Source of the DNA: Hyalangium minutum
Lineage (GTDB): Bacteria > Myxococcota > Myxococcia > Myxococcales > Myxococcaceae
Direction of reading: 5' to 3'
Length of the DNA: 248,000 nt
NCBI RefSeq assembly: GCF_000737315.1
Contig: NZ_JMCB01000002.1
Location: 268,001-516,000 of the forward strand
Both the position numbers and the translations under genes were made by a program. A model generated the notes under the pieces. The model worked only from the letters and a program-made list of their open reading frames with translations, was not told the DNA's origin and did not search any database. Below, one piece after another: positions 147,740 through 158,633 of this stretch. Position 1 is the stretch's first letter. The number at the start of each line of letters is the position of its first letter.

Positions 147740-148768
147740 ATGCTGCTCACGGCTGTCGTCGTCATTGTCGCGGTCGCGCTCATCTTCGACTTCATCAACG
147801 GCTTCCACGACGCGGCGAACTCCATCGCCACGGTGGTGTCCACGCGCGTGCTGTCGCCGAACCTGGCCGTGGCCTGGGCAGCCTTCTTCAACTTCATCGC
147901 GGCGTTCAGCGGCGGAGTGAAGGTGGCCAACACCATGGGCAAGGGCATCATCAACTTCGACATGCTCAAGGCCCAGGGCTCCACAGCCGTGCTGATGGTC
148001 ATCTTCTCGGCCCTGGTGGGCGCCATCGCCTGGAACCTGCTGACGTGGTGGTGGGGGCTGCCGTCCTCCTCCTCTCACGCGCTGGCGGGAGGGATGATTG
148101 GCGCCACGCTGCCGGTGCTGGGCTTCGCCGGGCTGATGGGGACGGGCATCGCGACCATTGCCGCCTTCATCGTGCTGTCGCCGCTCATCGGCATGACGAT
148201 GGCCATCTTGCTGATGCTGGCCAGCACCTGGAGCGTCCGCAAGCAGACCCCGCTCAAGGTGGACACGTGGTTCCGGCGGCTGCAGTTGGTGTCCTCGGGC
148301 ATCTTCTCGTTCAGCCATGGCACCAACGACGCGCAGAAGGTGATGGGCATCATCGCCGTGGTGCTCTTCGGCACCATCTGGAAGGACCGGGAGTTCCACA
148401 TCGACTGGTGGATGATCCTCTCGTGCCACGCGGCCATCGCCCTGGGGACCTTCTTCGGCGGCTGGCGCATCGTCCGGACGATGGGCCACAGCCTGACGAA
148501 GCTGGCGCCCATTGGCGGGTTCGCGGCGGAGACGGGCGGCGGTGTCACCATCATCGCGCTGGCGAAGCTGTGGGGCATTCCGGTCTCCACCACGCACACC
148601 ATCACCGGCGCCATCGTGGGCGTGGGCTCCACCAAGGGCTGGCGCGCGGTGAAGTGGGGCGTGGCAGGCCGGATCATCTGGGCCTGGGTCTTCACCATTC
148701 CGGCTTCGGCGACCATGGCCATCCTCGTCTACGGGCTCACCTGGGCCGTGGTGCGGATGGTGGGGTAG
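147740..148768 (+). CDS. PiT inorganic phosphate transporter
   Basis: NGFHDAAN, HG.NDAQK, PVSTTH. Confidence 0.93.
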   Translation: MLLTAVVVIVAVALIFDFINGFHDAANSIATVVSTRVLSPNLAVAWAAFFNFIAAFSGGVKVANTMGKGIINFDMLKAQGSTAVLMVIFSALVGAIAWNLLTWWWGLPSSSSHALAGGMIGATLPVLGFAGLMGTGIATIAAFIVLSPLIGMTMAILLMLASTWSVRKQTPLKVDTWFRRLQLVSSGIFSFSHGTNDAQKVMGIIAVVLFGTIWKDREFHIDWWMILSCHAAIALGTFFGGWRIVRTMGHSLTKLAPIGGFAAETGGGVTIIALAKLWGIPVSTTHTITGAIVGVGSTKGWRAVKWGVAGRIIWAWVFTIPASATMAILVYGLTWAVVRMVG

Positions 148769-148825
148769 TTCCGGGCGGGGTGGGTGGGCGCCAGCCGGAC
148801 TCCCGGACTAGGCTCCCTCCCAGTC

Positions 148826-151800
148826 ATGGACGAGTCCGCGAAGTCCGCCCCGCCCTCGGAGGACGGGGAGGACTCCCCCCAGCCGCAATCGCGGGATGAG
148901 GTGGTGCCCTCTGCCGGGGATGCGTTCGCTCCCACGCTCCACCCGAGCCAGCGGACGGGCTCGATAGGGGGCGTGGCGCCCATGCAGGGCGGGTGGGACT
149001 TGCCCCTGGTGGAGCGCAAGCGCTACCTGCTGGATGGCATCGTCGCCGAGGGCGGCCACGGACGCATCCTGCGCGCGAAGGATCTCCACCTCGAGCGGCT
149101 CGTGGCGCTCAAGGAGCCGATTGCGCCGGGCTCGTCCACCGAGGACACCTTTCTGCGTGAGGCCCGCATCACCGCGCGGCTCCAGCACCCCTCTATCGTG
149201 CCGGTGTACGAGGCGGGGCGGTGGCCCGGCGGCCCGCCCTTCTATGCGATGAAGCTGGTGTCGGGGCGCTCGCTGGCGCACGTCGTGGAGGCCATGCGGA
149301 CGTTGGAGGAGCGCCTGGCCGCGCTGCCGCATGTGCTCGCGGTGGCCGAGGCCATGGCCTACGCGCACAGCCAGCGGGTCATCCACCGAGACCTCAAGCC
149401 CTCCAACATCCTCGTGGGCGAGTTCGGTGAGACGGTCGTCGTCGACTGGGGGCTGGCCGAGGAACTGGAACGGCCAGAGCGCCACGCTCCCGGTACCGTC
149501 CTGGGGACTCCGGCCTATATGCCTCCCGAGCAGGCCGCAGGGCAGCCCGTGGACGAGCGCGCGGACGTCTATGCGCTGGGGACGATCCTCTATCACCTGC
149601 TCTCGGGCCGGATGCCCTACACGGGCGTCACCTCCCGGGAGATCCTCAAGCAGGTGGTTCGCGAGGAGCCCGCGCCACTGGCCCAGCTTCAGCCTCGGCT
149701 CCCCAAGGAGCTGTCGGGCCTGGTCTCCCGGGCGATGGCGCGCGAGCCCTCGCAGCGCTACCCCACGGCCCGTGAGCTGGCCGAGGACTTGCGCCGCTTC
149801 CTGCGAGGCCAGCTGGTGGCCTCGCACCGCTATACGCCGTGGGAGCGCATGATGCGCTTCGCTCGGAGGCACCGCGCGGCTCTGACGGTGGCGGCGGCGG
149901 CGGTGGTGGCGTTGATGGCGGGGGTGGTACTCGACCACCAGAGAATCCTCCGGGAGCGGGACCGCGCCGAGCAGAAGCAGGCGATCGCGGAGAAGGCGGA
150001 GCGCGAGGCCACGCAGCGCGCCGATGCGCTCACGTTGATCGACGCGCGCTCGCTGGTGGCGCAGTCACCCGAGCACGTCTTCTCACAACTGGCTTCGCTC
150101 TCGGCGTCCTTCACGGCGTGGGGCCAGGCGCGCACGCTGGCCGCGAATGCGCTGGCGCAGGGGATTCCCCTCACGCTCCGAGGCCATGCCGCCGGCCTCA
150201 ACCAGGCCATCTTCTCACCCGATGGACTCCAGGTGGTCACCGCGAGCGACGACCGCACGGTTCGCCTCTGGGACGTGAAGGCGGGCACGTCACGGGTGTT
150301 GGAGACGTTCGGGGACGAGGCGTGGCGTACCCTCTTCTCGCCCGACGGGCGGAGCGTGGCCTCCAGCGGCAAGGACGGGCAGGTGCGGCTGACGGAGCTG
150401 GCCACGGGCACCTCGCGCCTGCTGAAGGGACCGACCCGGCCCGTCATGTCGCTGTTCTTCTCGCCGGACGGGCGCCGCCTCTTTACGGCTGACTACGGCG
150501 GAGAGCTCTGGGTCTGGGAGACGGCCTCGGGCGAGGGCCGCCGGGTGGGGACGCATGGCGACGAGGCGGTCGATGCAGGCCTCCTGTCCGATGGGCGGCA
150601 CCTGTTGTCGGCGGGGGCGAGGGACCTCTCCGTGCGGTTGTGGGATGTGGAGAGCGGCACGGGCCAGCTCCTCGTCCGCCGTGAGCGGCCCATCCACTCC
150701 CTGGCCACTGCGCCTCAGGGCGGCGCCTTTGCTGTCGGCGTGGATGAGGGCCAGGTGCTCCTGTGGGAGGGCATGGGCCAGCCCATGCGGGTGCTGGAGG
150801 GGAAGTCCGGGCCCATCCACTCGCTGAAGTTCTCGCCCGATGGCCGCTGGCTGGCGGCGCACGCCGCCTCGGGGCCCGTTCTGGTGTGGGAGCTGCCGGG
150901 CGGGGCTCCCAGGACGTTCGCGAGTGCTCCCGGGTGGCTGGCCTCGCTCGCGTTTTCCGAGGATGGTCGGTGGCTGGGAGCAACGGGGCGGGATGGCAAG
151001 GCCCGGGTGTGGGAGGTGGCCACCGGCAAGCCGCGCGTGCTGCACGGTGCCGTGGCGCCGATTACCTCCGTGGCCTTCTCTCGGGATGGGGCGTCGGTGA
151101 TCACCACCAGCCAGGATGGCGCGGGCCGCATCTACGACGTGGTGGATCACTCCACCCGTATCTTGGCAGTGCACACGGGGAAGCCTTCGGCGGATGCCTT
151201 CTCGCTGATGTCGCGCCACCTGCCGTTGGCCGAGCGCCAGAGCGCACTGATGAGCAAGGTGCTCGCCCTGGCTCCTACGAAGGATGGACGCCACGGGGTG
151301 TCCGTGGGAGGGCTGGACGGCCGGCTGCGCGTGTCCCGTCTGGACGGCACCTCCACGCAGGAGGTGCAGGTGGGGCCGGGCGAGCTGACCGCGGCCGATG
151401 TGTCGCCGGAGGGCTCTCGGCTGGTGACTGCGGGGCGGGACGGCACGGTGACGCTCTGGAATGAGCAGAGCCAGCGGCTCCAGCAGTTCACGGGTGCCAC
151501 GGGGCCGCTCAAGGCGGTGGCGCTCTCGGCGGACGGAAGTTGGGTGGCTGCGGGAGAGGCCTCAGGAGGCATCTGGCTGTGGGAGGCGGCCTCGGGCCAA
151601 GGGCGGGTGCTGGGGCGGCACGAAGGTGTGGTGCGCGCGCTGGCCTTCTCTCCCGGAGGTCATCAGCTGGCCTCGGGTGGAGCGGATGGGACGCTGCGCC
151701 TCTGGAGCCTGCCGAACGGTGAGGGACGTGTGCTGTACCGCCACCAGTCGGAGGTCTCGGTGGTGGTCTTCTCACCGGAGGGCCAGCGGCTGGCTTCCGG

Positions 151801-152269
151801 GAGCGACGACCACACGGCGTGGCTGCATCGGTTGGAGGGGAACACCGGGCAGCGGCTGGACCTGGGAGGCGCGGGAGTCTCCGCGCTGGACTTCTCTCCG
151901 GATGGGACGCAGCTGCTGGTGGCCAACGCGGGGAGCTCCAGCATCCAGCGGTGGGATGTCCAGACAGGCAAGCAGCGAAGCCCGCTGCTGGGGCACACGC
152001 ACATCGTGATCAGCTGGGCCTTCTCGCCAGAGGGTGAGCGGCTGGCCTCCGCGAGTGTCGATGGCACGGTGCGCCTTTGGGACCTCCAGACGGGCGAGAG
152101 CCGGCCGTTGCAGGGACACGAGGGACCGGTCATCCGCGTGGCCTTCTCCCGGGATGGGCGCCAGGTTCTGTCCGCTGGGCACGACGGCACGGTGCGGGTG
152201 TGGCGGGATGATCTGCCGCTGGAGCCTGATGAGCTGCGGGAATGGCTGAGGCAGGTGGCGTCCCGCTGA
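148826..152269 (+). CDS. Ser/Thr kinase with WD40 repeats
   Basis: HRDLKPSN, DWG; many FSPDG...RLWD repeats. Confidence 0.93.
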   Translation: MDESAKSAPPSEDGEDSPQPQSRDEVVPSAGDAFAPTLHPSQRTGSIGGVAPMQGGWDLPLVERKRYLLDGIVAEGGHGRILRAKDLHLERLVALKEPIAPGSSTEDTFLREARITARLQHPSIVPVYEAGRWPGGPPFYAMKLVSGRSLAHVVEAMRTLEERLAALPHVLAVAEAMAYAHSQRVIHRDLKPSNILVGEFGETVVVDWGLAEELERPERHAPGTVLGTPAYMPPEQAAGQPVDERADVYALGTILYHLLSGRMPYTGVTSREILKQVVREEPAPLAQLQPRLPKELSGLVSRAMAREPSQRYPTARELAEDLRRFLRGQLVASHRYTPWERMMRFARRHRAALTVAAAAVVALMAGVVLDHQRILRERDRAEQKQAIAEKAEREATQRADALTLIDARSLVAQSPEHVFSQLASLSASFTAWGQARTLAANALAQGIPLTLRGHAAGLNQAIFSPDGLQVVTASDDRTVRLWDVKAGTSRVLETFGDEAWRTLFSPDGRSVASSGKDGQVRLTELATGTSRLLKGPTRPVMSLFFSPDGRRLFTADYGGELWVWETASGEGRRVGTHGDEAVDAGLLSDGRHLLSAGARDLSVRLWDVESGTGQLLVRRERPIHSLATAPQGGAFAVGVDEGQVLLWEGMGQPMRVLEGKSGPIHSLKFSPDGRWLAAHAASGPVLVWELPGGAPRTFASAPGWLASLAFSEDGRWLGATGRDGKARVWEVATGKPRVLHGAVAPITSVAFSRDGASVITTSQDGAGRIYDVVDHSTRILAVHTGKPSADAFSLMSRHLPLAERQSALMSKVLALAPTKDGRHGVSVGGLDGRLRVSRLDGTSTQEVQVGPGELTAADVSPEGSRLVTAGRDGTVTLWNEQSQRLQQFTGATGPLKAVALSADGSWVAAGEASGGIWLWEAASGQGRVLGRHEGVVRALAFSPGGHQLASGGADGTLRLWSLPNGEGRVLYRHQSEVSVVVFSPEGQRLASGSDDHTAWLHRLEGNTGQRLDLGGAGVSALDFSPDGTQLLVANAGSSSIQRWDVQTGKQRSPLLGHTHIVISWAFSPEGERLASASVDGTVRLWDLQTGESRPLQGHEGPVIRVAFSRDGRQVLSAGHDGTVRVWRDDLPLEPDELREWLRQVASR

Positions 152270-152279
152270 CTCGTCATGA

Positions 152280-152336
152280 ACTGTTCGGAAAGGTCGGGAC
152301 TTTTCGCGCTCAAAACCCCCGACCTTTCCGAACAGT
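152280..152336. repeat. 19-bp perfect inverted repeat
   Basis: actgttcggaaaggtcggg-N19-cccgacctttccgaacagt. Confidence 0.85.
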
Positions 152337-152480
152337 GAGCCTTGAGGCCGGCCGGGGTAGCCGATCTCGCGACATCACAGTGTGACGTTCACGGTCACAC
152401 CTGGGATGCCCAGGTGAGAGCTAAGTCGTTGAAATGACCGGGGCGAAAACTGGTACGCGGCTTGCGATGGGCTTGGGTAC

Positions 152481-153725
152481 ATGGTTGCCGTGGCCCCAAT
152501 GCTCTCGATATTCCTAGTCGCTGTCCCTGCCACCGAGGGAGCGGTCTGGACGCTGGACCTCCTTGTGGGAGAGGCGCTGGAGAAGAGCCCCAAGGTGGCT
152601 GCCGCTCGTGCCGAGGAGACAGGCGCCGAGGAGGGGCTGTCGGCGGAGTCCCGGTGGATGCAGAACAACCCCCAGCTCGAGGTGGAGTACGGCACCGATG
152701 CCGTAACCCAGGATGTAGGGGAGCGGCGGATGGCGATCGCGATCAGCCAGCAGCTCCAGGTGGCTGGGCAGCGGGGCTTGAGGGTGGAGCGGGCGGAGGC
152801 GGCGCTCACGGCGGCGCGAGCCCGGCGGCGGGCGGCGGAGCTGCGCGTGGCCCGGGAGGCGGCGGATGCGGCGGCGGACTGGGGGCGGCGTGAGGCGCTC
152901 GTGAAGCTGATGGAGGAGGCGCTCGCGGCGGCTCGGACATTGGAGGAGGCTGCGGCGAAGCGCTTCGCGGCGGGAGATGTTCCGGAACTGGAGCGCAACG
153001 CGGCGGCGCTGGAGCGGGCTCGGGCCGAGGCTCGGGCCGCCCAGGCGCGTGCGGAGGAAGTCTCTGCCCGGGCCTCCTTGAACCGGCTCCTCGGGAGAGC
153101 GGCCACGGCGCCGCTGATGGTCACGACCAGCGCCGTGACCTTGCCCGAGGTGCTGGCCGCGCCACAGCCGGAGGTAGAGGAGGCCCGCGCGGAGGCCGAG
153201 GCAGCTCGGGCGGAGGTGGATCTGCTGCGCCGGGAGCGCATTCCCGATCCCACCGTGAGCCTCGGCTATGAGCAGGAGCGGCGGCCCGAGGAGCACGCCA
153301 CGGGCCCGGACTTGCACACGGCCTCGATGGTCGTGGCGCGCCTGTCCCTGCCGCTGCCGCTGTGGAACCGCAACCAGGGAGAGCTCGCCGAAGCGCGAGC
153401 CCGGCGAGCGGCCCGTGATGCGGAGCGCCAGAGCCGCGAGCGCGAGGTGGAGGCGGAGCGCGTGTCGGCACGAGAGGGTTATGAGGCAGCGCGGATTGCC
153501 GAGGCCGCGCTCACCGCGGCGCTGCCAGGCATTGAGCGCAACCTGACGCTGGTGCAGCGCGCCTACGAGGCGGGAGAGCTGAGCCTGGATGCAGTGTTGC
153601 TCGCGAGAGACCGAGCCTACGCCGCGCGAGGGGAGGCCATCGATGCCACCGCAGCGCTGGCTCGGGCCCGTGCCGCGCTGCTGAAGGCCTCGGGCCGCCT
153701 GCCGACGGGAGAGGTGCCGCGATGA
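152481..153725 (+). CDS. TolC-family outer membrane efflux protein
   Basis: Helical repeats, LSLPLPLWNRNQG. Confidence 0.88.
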   Translation: MVAVAPMLSIFLVAVPATEGAVWTLDLLVGEALEKSPKVAAARAEETGAEEGLSAESRWMQNNPQLEVEYGTDAVTQDVGERRMAIAISQQLQVAGQRGLRVERAEAALTAARARRRAAELRVAREAADAAADWGRREALVKLMEEALAAARTLEEAAAKRFAAGDVPELERNAAALERARAEARAAQARAEEVSARASLNRLLGRAATAPLMVTTSAVTLPEVLAAPQPEVEEARAEAEAARAEVDLLRRERIPDPTVSLGYEQERRPEEHATGPDLHTASMVVARLSLPLPLWNRNQGELAEARARRAARDAERQSREREVEAERVSAREGYEAARIAEAALTAALPGIERNLTLVQRAYEAGELSLDAVLLARDRAYAARGEAIDATAALARARAALLKASGRLPTGEVPR

Positions 153726-154276
153726 GACGCCTGTGCTCGGTGCTGCTCTGTCTGCTGGCCGCGCCGGCCTTCGCGCACGGAGGCGAGGACCATGGCGACG
153801 CCTCGAAGCCCGTGAGCTCCATAGCGGACGAGACCCATGTGCTCGGGGCCACCGGGGATGTCTTCGAGGTGGTGCTCAAGCACCCCGAGCACGGTGAGGG
153901 CGGGAAGACACCGCTGCGCGTGCTCGTCGCGGAGACGGACACCAACGCTCCGGTGTCGGGAGCCGAGGTGGAGCTGACGCTGACCGGGCCGACCGTGCAG
154001 GCGCTGAAGCCGAAAATGGAATCGCCCGGTGTGTACCAGGCGGAGGCGGAGCTGCCCGTGGGCGCCGAGTTCGCGGCCGTGGCCACCGTTACCCGAGGTG
154101 AGGCAGTGGACGTGCTCGCGCTCGGCGTGGTGCACCTGGAGCCCGAGGAGTCCACGGACCACCCCGGTGGTGCCACGTCGCGCGGGTGGCAGCTGGGCGC
154201 GGTGCTCGGGGGCCTGGGCGTGCTGGTGCTCATTTCCTGGGCGAGGGCTCGAAGGATGCGGAGGGCGGCGCCATGA
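153722..154276 (+). CDS. Accessory metal-efflux protein (FixH/YtkA-like)
   Basis: HGGEDH N-terminus; C-terminal TM. Confidence 0.6.
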   Translation: MRRLCSVLLCLLAAPAFAHGGEDHGDASKPVSSIADETHVLGATGDVFEVVLKHPEHGEGGKTPLRVLVAETDTNAPVSGAEVELTLTGPTVQALKPKMESPGVYQAEAELPVGAEFAAVATVTRGEAVDVLALGVVHLEPEESTDHPGGATSRGWQLGAVLGGLGVLVLISWARARRMRRAAP

Positions 154277-155430
154277 GCCGATGGATGCACGCAGTGGGGG
154301 TGCTGCTCGTGGCGGCGGTGGCCTGGGGCCATGGCGGAGAGGACCACGGGGCGCCTCCCTCGAAGCAGGGAGTGGCCGGGCCCGGCATCTCCATCGCGAA
154401 GGAGACCCAGTTCCTGCTGGAGATCCGTACCGAGCGCGTACGGACTCGCTCCGTGGAGGCGCGGCTCGTGGCTCCGGGCAAGGTCATCCCCCGGACGGAC
154501 CGCTATGCCCAGGTGGCCTCGCCCGTGCCGGGCATCGTCATGGCCTCGGGGAGCGGCGTGCCGCTCGTGGGGCAGAAGGTGAAGAAGGGCCAGGTGCTCG
154601 CCACCGTCCAGCAGAGCCTCTCCGCCTCCGAGGCCACGGGCCTTTCCACCGGGCTCATCCAGGCCGAGGCCGAGAGCACTCGCGCGCAGGCTGCCCTGGA
154701 GCAGGCCCGGAGGGACCTGGCGCGGCTCGAGTCCCTGCAGGGCGTCGTCGCGGAGAAGGACGTGCAGCAGGCCCAGCTCGCCGTGCGCACCGCCGAGCAG
154801 GAGCTGAACCGGGCTCGCTCCGCGCGGGAGGTGCTGTCTGGAGCCCGCCAGGGGCAGGGCACCACGCGCTTCACGCTGACGGCGCCCATCGACGGGGTGC
154901 TCGTGGAGGCGCGCGCCACGGTGGGCGAGCAGGTGGATCCGTCGCGTCCGCTCTTCACGGTGCTGGACGCCTCGGTGGTCTGGGTGGAGGCGCGCGTCTA
155001 CGAGAACGACGTGGCGCGGGTGGAGGCCGCCACGGGGGCGCTCGTGCACAGCGCGGCCTACGAAGGACAGCACTTCGCCGCGCGCCTGTACCACGTGGGC
155101 CAGGTGGTGGACGAGGGTACGCGCAGCGTCCGCGTCCTCTTCGAGCTGGACAACCGCGAGGGCCGTCTGCGCCCGGGCATGTTCGTGGACGTGGCCATCG
155201 GAGCGGGAGGGCGTCAGCAGGCGCTCGCGGTGCCCGAGGCGGCGGTCATCGAGGAGGAGGGGCGCAGCTTCGTCTTCCTCCACACGGGGCCCGAGCAGTT
155301 CGAGCGGCGCGAGGTGGTGCTCGGCGTGCGCGACGGCGAGTGGCGCGCGGTGCGCCAGGGCGTGCGAGAGGGCGACCGCGTGGTGGTGAGGGGCGTGGGG
155401 ACGCTGCAGGCCACGAGAGGAGGGCGATAG
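154273..155430 (+). CDS. RND membrane fusion protein
   Basis: HGGEDH, V.SPV.G, LRPGMFV. Confidence 0.9.
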   Translation: MSRWMHAVGVLLVAAVAWGHGGEDHGAPPSKQGVAGPGISIAKETQFLLEIRTERVRTRSVEARLVAPGKVIPRTDRYAQVASPVPGIVMASGSGVPLVGQKVKKGQVLATVQQSLSASEATGLSTGLIQAEAESTRAQAALEQARRDLARLESLQGVVAEKDVQQAQLAVRTAEQELNRARSAREVLSGARQGQGTTRFTLTAPIDGVLVEARATVGEQVDPSRPLFTVLDASVVWVEARVYENDVARVEAATGALVHSAAYEGQHFAARLYHVGQVVDEGTRSVRVLFELDNREGRLRPGMFVDVAIGAGGRQQALAVPEAAVIEEEGRSFVFLHTGPEQFERREVVLGVRDGEWRAVRQGVREGDRVVVRGVGTLQATRGGR

Positions 155431-158400
155431 ATGCTGGACCGCATCATCCTCTTCTCGTTGCGGCACCGGCTGTTCATCGTCCTGGCGGCGGTGGCGGTGC
155501 TCCTCTATGGAGGTTGGGCCGTCACGCGGCTGCCGGTGGACGTGTTCCCGGACCTGAACCGTCCGACGGTGACGGTGATGACGGAGGCAGGAGGCCTGTC
155601 TCCGGAGGAGGTGGAGGCGCTCGTCACCCGGCCCATCGAGGTGTCGATGAACGGAGCACCGGGTGTGCGGCGGGTGCGCTCCTCGTCGGGCGTGGGGCTC
155701 TCGGTCGTCTACGTGGAGTTCGACTGGGGCACGGACATCTACCTGGACCGGCAGCTCGTGGCCGAGCGCCTCCAGGTGGCGCGCGAGGGGCTGCCCCGGG
155801 ACGCGCTGCCGCAGCTGGCGCCAGTCTCCTCCATCATGGGGGAGATCCTCCTGCTGGGCGTGCAGAGCGAGGGAGACCACTCCTCGCCACTGGAGCTGCG
155901 CTCGCTGGCCGACTGGGTGCTCCGCCAGCGCCTGCTGACCATTCCAGGCGTGGCGCAGGTGACGGTGATGGGCGGCGGGGTGAAGCAGTTCCAGGTGCTG
156001 GTGAATCCGGAGAAGCTCTTGGCCTTCGGGCTCACGCTGGAGCAGGTGGAGCAGGCCGCGCAGCTATCCCAGGGCAACACGACGGGGGGCTTCGTCACGC
156101 AAGGAGGGCGTGAGTACCTGGTGCGCAACCTGGCGCGCAGTGCTTCTGTGGAGGACCTGGCGAACACGGTGGTGGCGGTGCGGGACGGAGTGCCCGTGCG
156201 GCTCAGGCAGGTGGCCGAGGTGAAGGCGGGCCCGGCGGTGAAGCGCGGGGATGGAGGGATGAACGGGCGGCCCGCGGTCATCCTCGCGGTGCAGAAGCAG
156301 CCGGGGGCGAGCACGCTGGAGCTCACCGAGAAGGTGAAGGAGGCGCTGGCGGAGCTGCGGCGCACCCTGCCCGAGGACGTGCACGTGGAGACGCTCTTCG
156401 AGCAGGCCGCGTTCATCGAGTCCGCCATCGGCAACGTGGAGGAGGCGCTGAGGGACGGAGCCATCCTGGTGGTGGTGGTGCTGTTCTTGTTCCTGGCGAA
156501 CGTGCGCACCACGGCCATCACGCTCACGGCCATTCCGTTGTCGTTCGTCATCACCGCGCTGGTGATGAAGGCGTTCGGGCTCTCCATCAACACGCTCACG
156601 CTGGGCGGGCTGGCGGTGGCCATCGGCGAGCTGGTGGATGACGCCATCGTGGACGTGGAGAACGTCTACCGGCGGCTCAAGGAGAACCGTCAGAAGGAGC
156701 ACCCCGAGCCCGCGCTGCGCGTCGTCTACCGCGCATCCTCCGAGGTGCGGAATTCCATCGTCTTCGCCACGCTCATCGTGGTGCTCGTGTTCCTTCCGCT
156801 GTTCGCGATGGGCGGAATCGAAGGCCGGCTCTTCGCGCCGCTGGGCGTGGCCTACATCGTGTCCATCCTGGCCTCGTTGCTGGTGTCGCTCACGGTGACG
156901 CCGGTGCTGTGCGCGTACCTGTTGCCCCAGGCGCGCTTCCTGGAGCACGGGGACAGCGCGGTGGTGCGAGCGCTGAAGCAGCGGGCGAGGAGGCTCTACG
157001 AGGTATCTCTGGCCCACCCGGGCGCGGTGATGGCGGGTGCGGCGGTGCTGGTGCTGGCGGCGGTGGCCACAGTGCCGTTCCTCGGGCGCAGCTTCCTGCC
157101 GCAGTTCAACGAGGGCACAGCGACGGTGAACGTGCTGGCGCCGCCGGGCACTTCGCTGGAGGAGTCCAACCGGCTGGGGCTGTTGGCCGAGCGCCTCATC
157201 GCCTCGGTGCCCGAGGTGCATACGGTGGGCCGGCGCACGGGCCGGGCCGAGCAGGACGAGCACGCCGAAGGTGTCCACTACTCGGAGCTGGACGTGGACT
157301 TCAAGGCCGGGGGCCGCCCCCGGGGCGAGGTGCTAGGAGACATGCGGGCCCGGCTCGCGCAGCTGCCGGGCGTGTCTGTGTCCGTGGGGCAGCCCATCTC
157401 GCACCGGCTGGACCATCTGCTGTCCGGTATCCGCGCGCAGGTGGCGGTGAAGATCTTCGGACAGGACCTGGATGCGCTGCGCGCCAAGGCGGAGGAGGTG
157501 CGGCAGGTGATGGCCGAGGTACCCGGCATCGTAGACCTCCAGGTGGAGCAGCAGACGCTGATTCCGCAGCTCCAGGTCCGCCTGAAGCGCGAGGAGGCGG
157601 CGCGGCTGGGCGTGCAGCCGGGCGCCATGGCCGAGCAGCTCGAGAAGGCCTTCAACGGCGTGGTGGTGGGACAGGTGCTGGAGGGGCAGCGGACCTTCGA
157701 CGTGCTCGTGCGCTACGACGACACGGCGCGGGCCAGCGCGGAGACGTTCCGGCGGGCGTTGGTGGATACGCCCTCGGGGGCGCGGGTGCCGGTGTCGGCG
157801 GTGGCGGAGGTGGTGGAGGCGCGGGGTCCCAACCTGATCAACCACGACCACCTGCAGCGGCGCGTGGTGGTGATGGCCAACGTCGCGGGGAGAGATCTGG
157901 GCAGTGCGGTGGAGGAGGTACGCGCCCGCGTCGCCGACCGCGTGAAGCTGCCCGTGGGTGCGTCGATTGCCTACGAGGGCCAGTTCGAGAGCCAGCAGTC
158001 GGCCACGCGCCTCATCGCGCTGCTGTCGCTGGTGTCGCTGGTGGGGATGTTCGGGGTGCTGTACTCGCACTTCCGCTCGGTGCGGCTGGTGCTGCAGGTG
158101 ATGCTCAACATCCCGCTGGCGCTGGTGGGCAGCGTGGCGGCGGTGCTGCTCACGGACCGCACGCTCTCGGTGGCGACGCTGGTGGGCTTCATCACCCTGT
158201 GCGGCATCGCGAGCCGGAACACCATCATGATGATCTCGCACTACCTCCATCTGGTGGAGGTGGAGGGGGAGCGCTTCAGCCCGGAGTTGGTGGTGCGCGG
158301 CTCGCTGGAGCGGCTGGTGCCGGTGATGATGACAGCACTGACTGCAGGGCTGGCGCTGGTGCCGCTGGCGCTGGCGGCGGGCGAGCCAGGCAAGGAGCTG

Positions 158401-158598
158401 CTGCACCCTGTGGCGGTGGTCATCCTGGGAGGGCTCGTCAGCTCGACCCTCTTGGACATGGTCGTCACCCCGGCGGTGTTCTTTCGATTCGGCCGTCCGG
158501 CCCTGGAGCGGTACCTGGCGCGCAAGCAGGCGGCGCGCGAGGAGGAGGGGCTGGCGTTGGCTCCTCCCTCGGAGAGCCAGCTGCCGGGCCGTGCATGA
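155431..158598 (+). CDS. CusA/CzcA heavy-metal efflux RND pump
   Basis: LPVDVFPD, GELVDDAIV.VEN, ERL.PV.MT. Confidence 0.93.
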   Translation: MLDRIILFSLRHRLFIVLAAVAVLLYGGWAVTRLPVDVFPDLNRPTVTVMTEAGGLSPEEVEALVTRPIEVSMNGAPGVRRVRSSSGVGLSVVYVEFDWGTDIYLDRQLVAERLQVAREGLPRDALPQLAPVSSIMGEILLLGVQSEGDHSSPLELRSLADWVLRQRLLTIPGVAQVTVMGGGVKQFQVLVNPEKLLAFGLTLEQVEQAAQLSQGNTTGGFVTQGGREYLVRNLARSASVEDLANTVVAVRDGVPVRLRQVAEVKAGPAVKRGDGGMNGRPAVILAVQKQPGASTLELTEKVKEALAELRRTLPEDVHVETLFEQAAFIESAIGNVEEALRDGAILVVVVLFLFLANVRTTAITLTAIPLSFVITALVMKAFGLSINTLTLGGLAVAIGELVDDAIVDVENVYRRLKENRQKEHPEPALRVVYRASSEVRNSIVFATLIVVLVFLPLFAMGGIEGRLFAPLGVAYIVSILASLLVSLTVTPVLCAYLLPQARFLEHGDSAVVRALKQRARRLYEVSLAHPGAVMAGAAVLVLAAVATVPFLGRSFLPQFNEGTATVNVLAPPGTSLEESNRLGLLAERLIASVPEVHTVGRRTGRAEQDEHAEGVHYSELDVDFKAGGRPRGEVLGDMRARLAQLPGVSVSVGQPISHRLDHLLSGIRAQVAVKIFGQDLDALRAKAEEVRQVMAEVPGIVDLQVEQQTLIPQLQVRLKREEAARLGVQPGAMAEQLEKAFNGVVVGQVLEGQRTFDVLVRYDDTARASAETFRRALVDTPSGARVPVSAVAEVVEARGPNLINHDHLQRRVVVMANVAGRDLGSAVEEVRARVADRVKLPVGASIAYEGQFESQQSATRLIALLSLVSLVGMFGVLYSHFRSVRLVLQVMLNIPLALVGSVAAVLLTDRTLSVATLVGFITLCGIASRNTIMMISHYLHLVEVEGERFSPELVVRGSLERLVPVMMTALTAGLALVPLALAAGEPGKELLHPVAVVILGGLVSSTLLDMVVTPAVFFRFGRPALERYLARKQAAREEEGLALAPPSESQLPGRA

Positions 158599-158633
158599 GG
158601 GAAGTCATGGGTAGGAATGTTTGGGAGAGGCAC

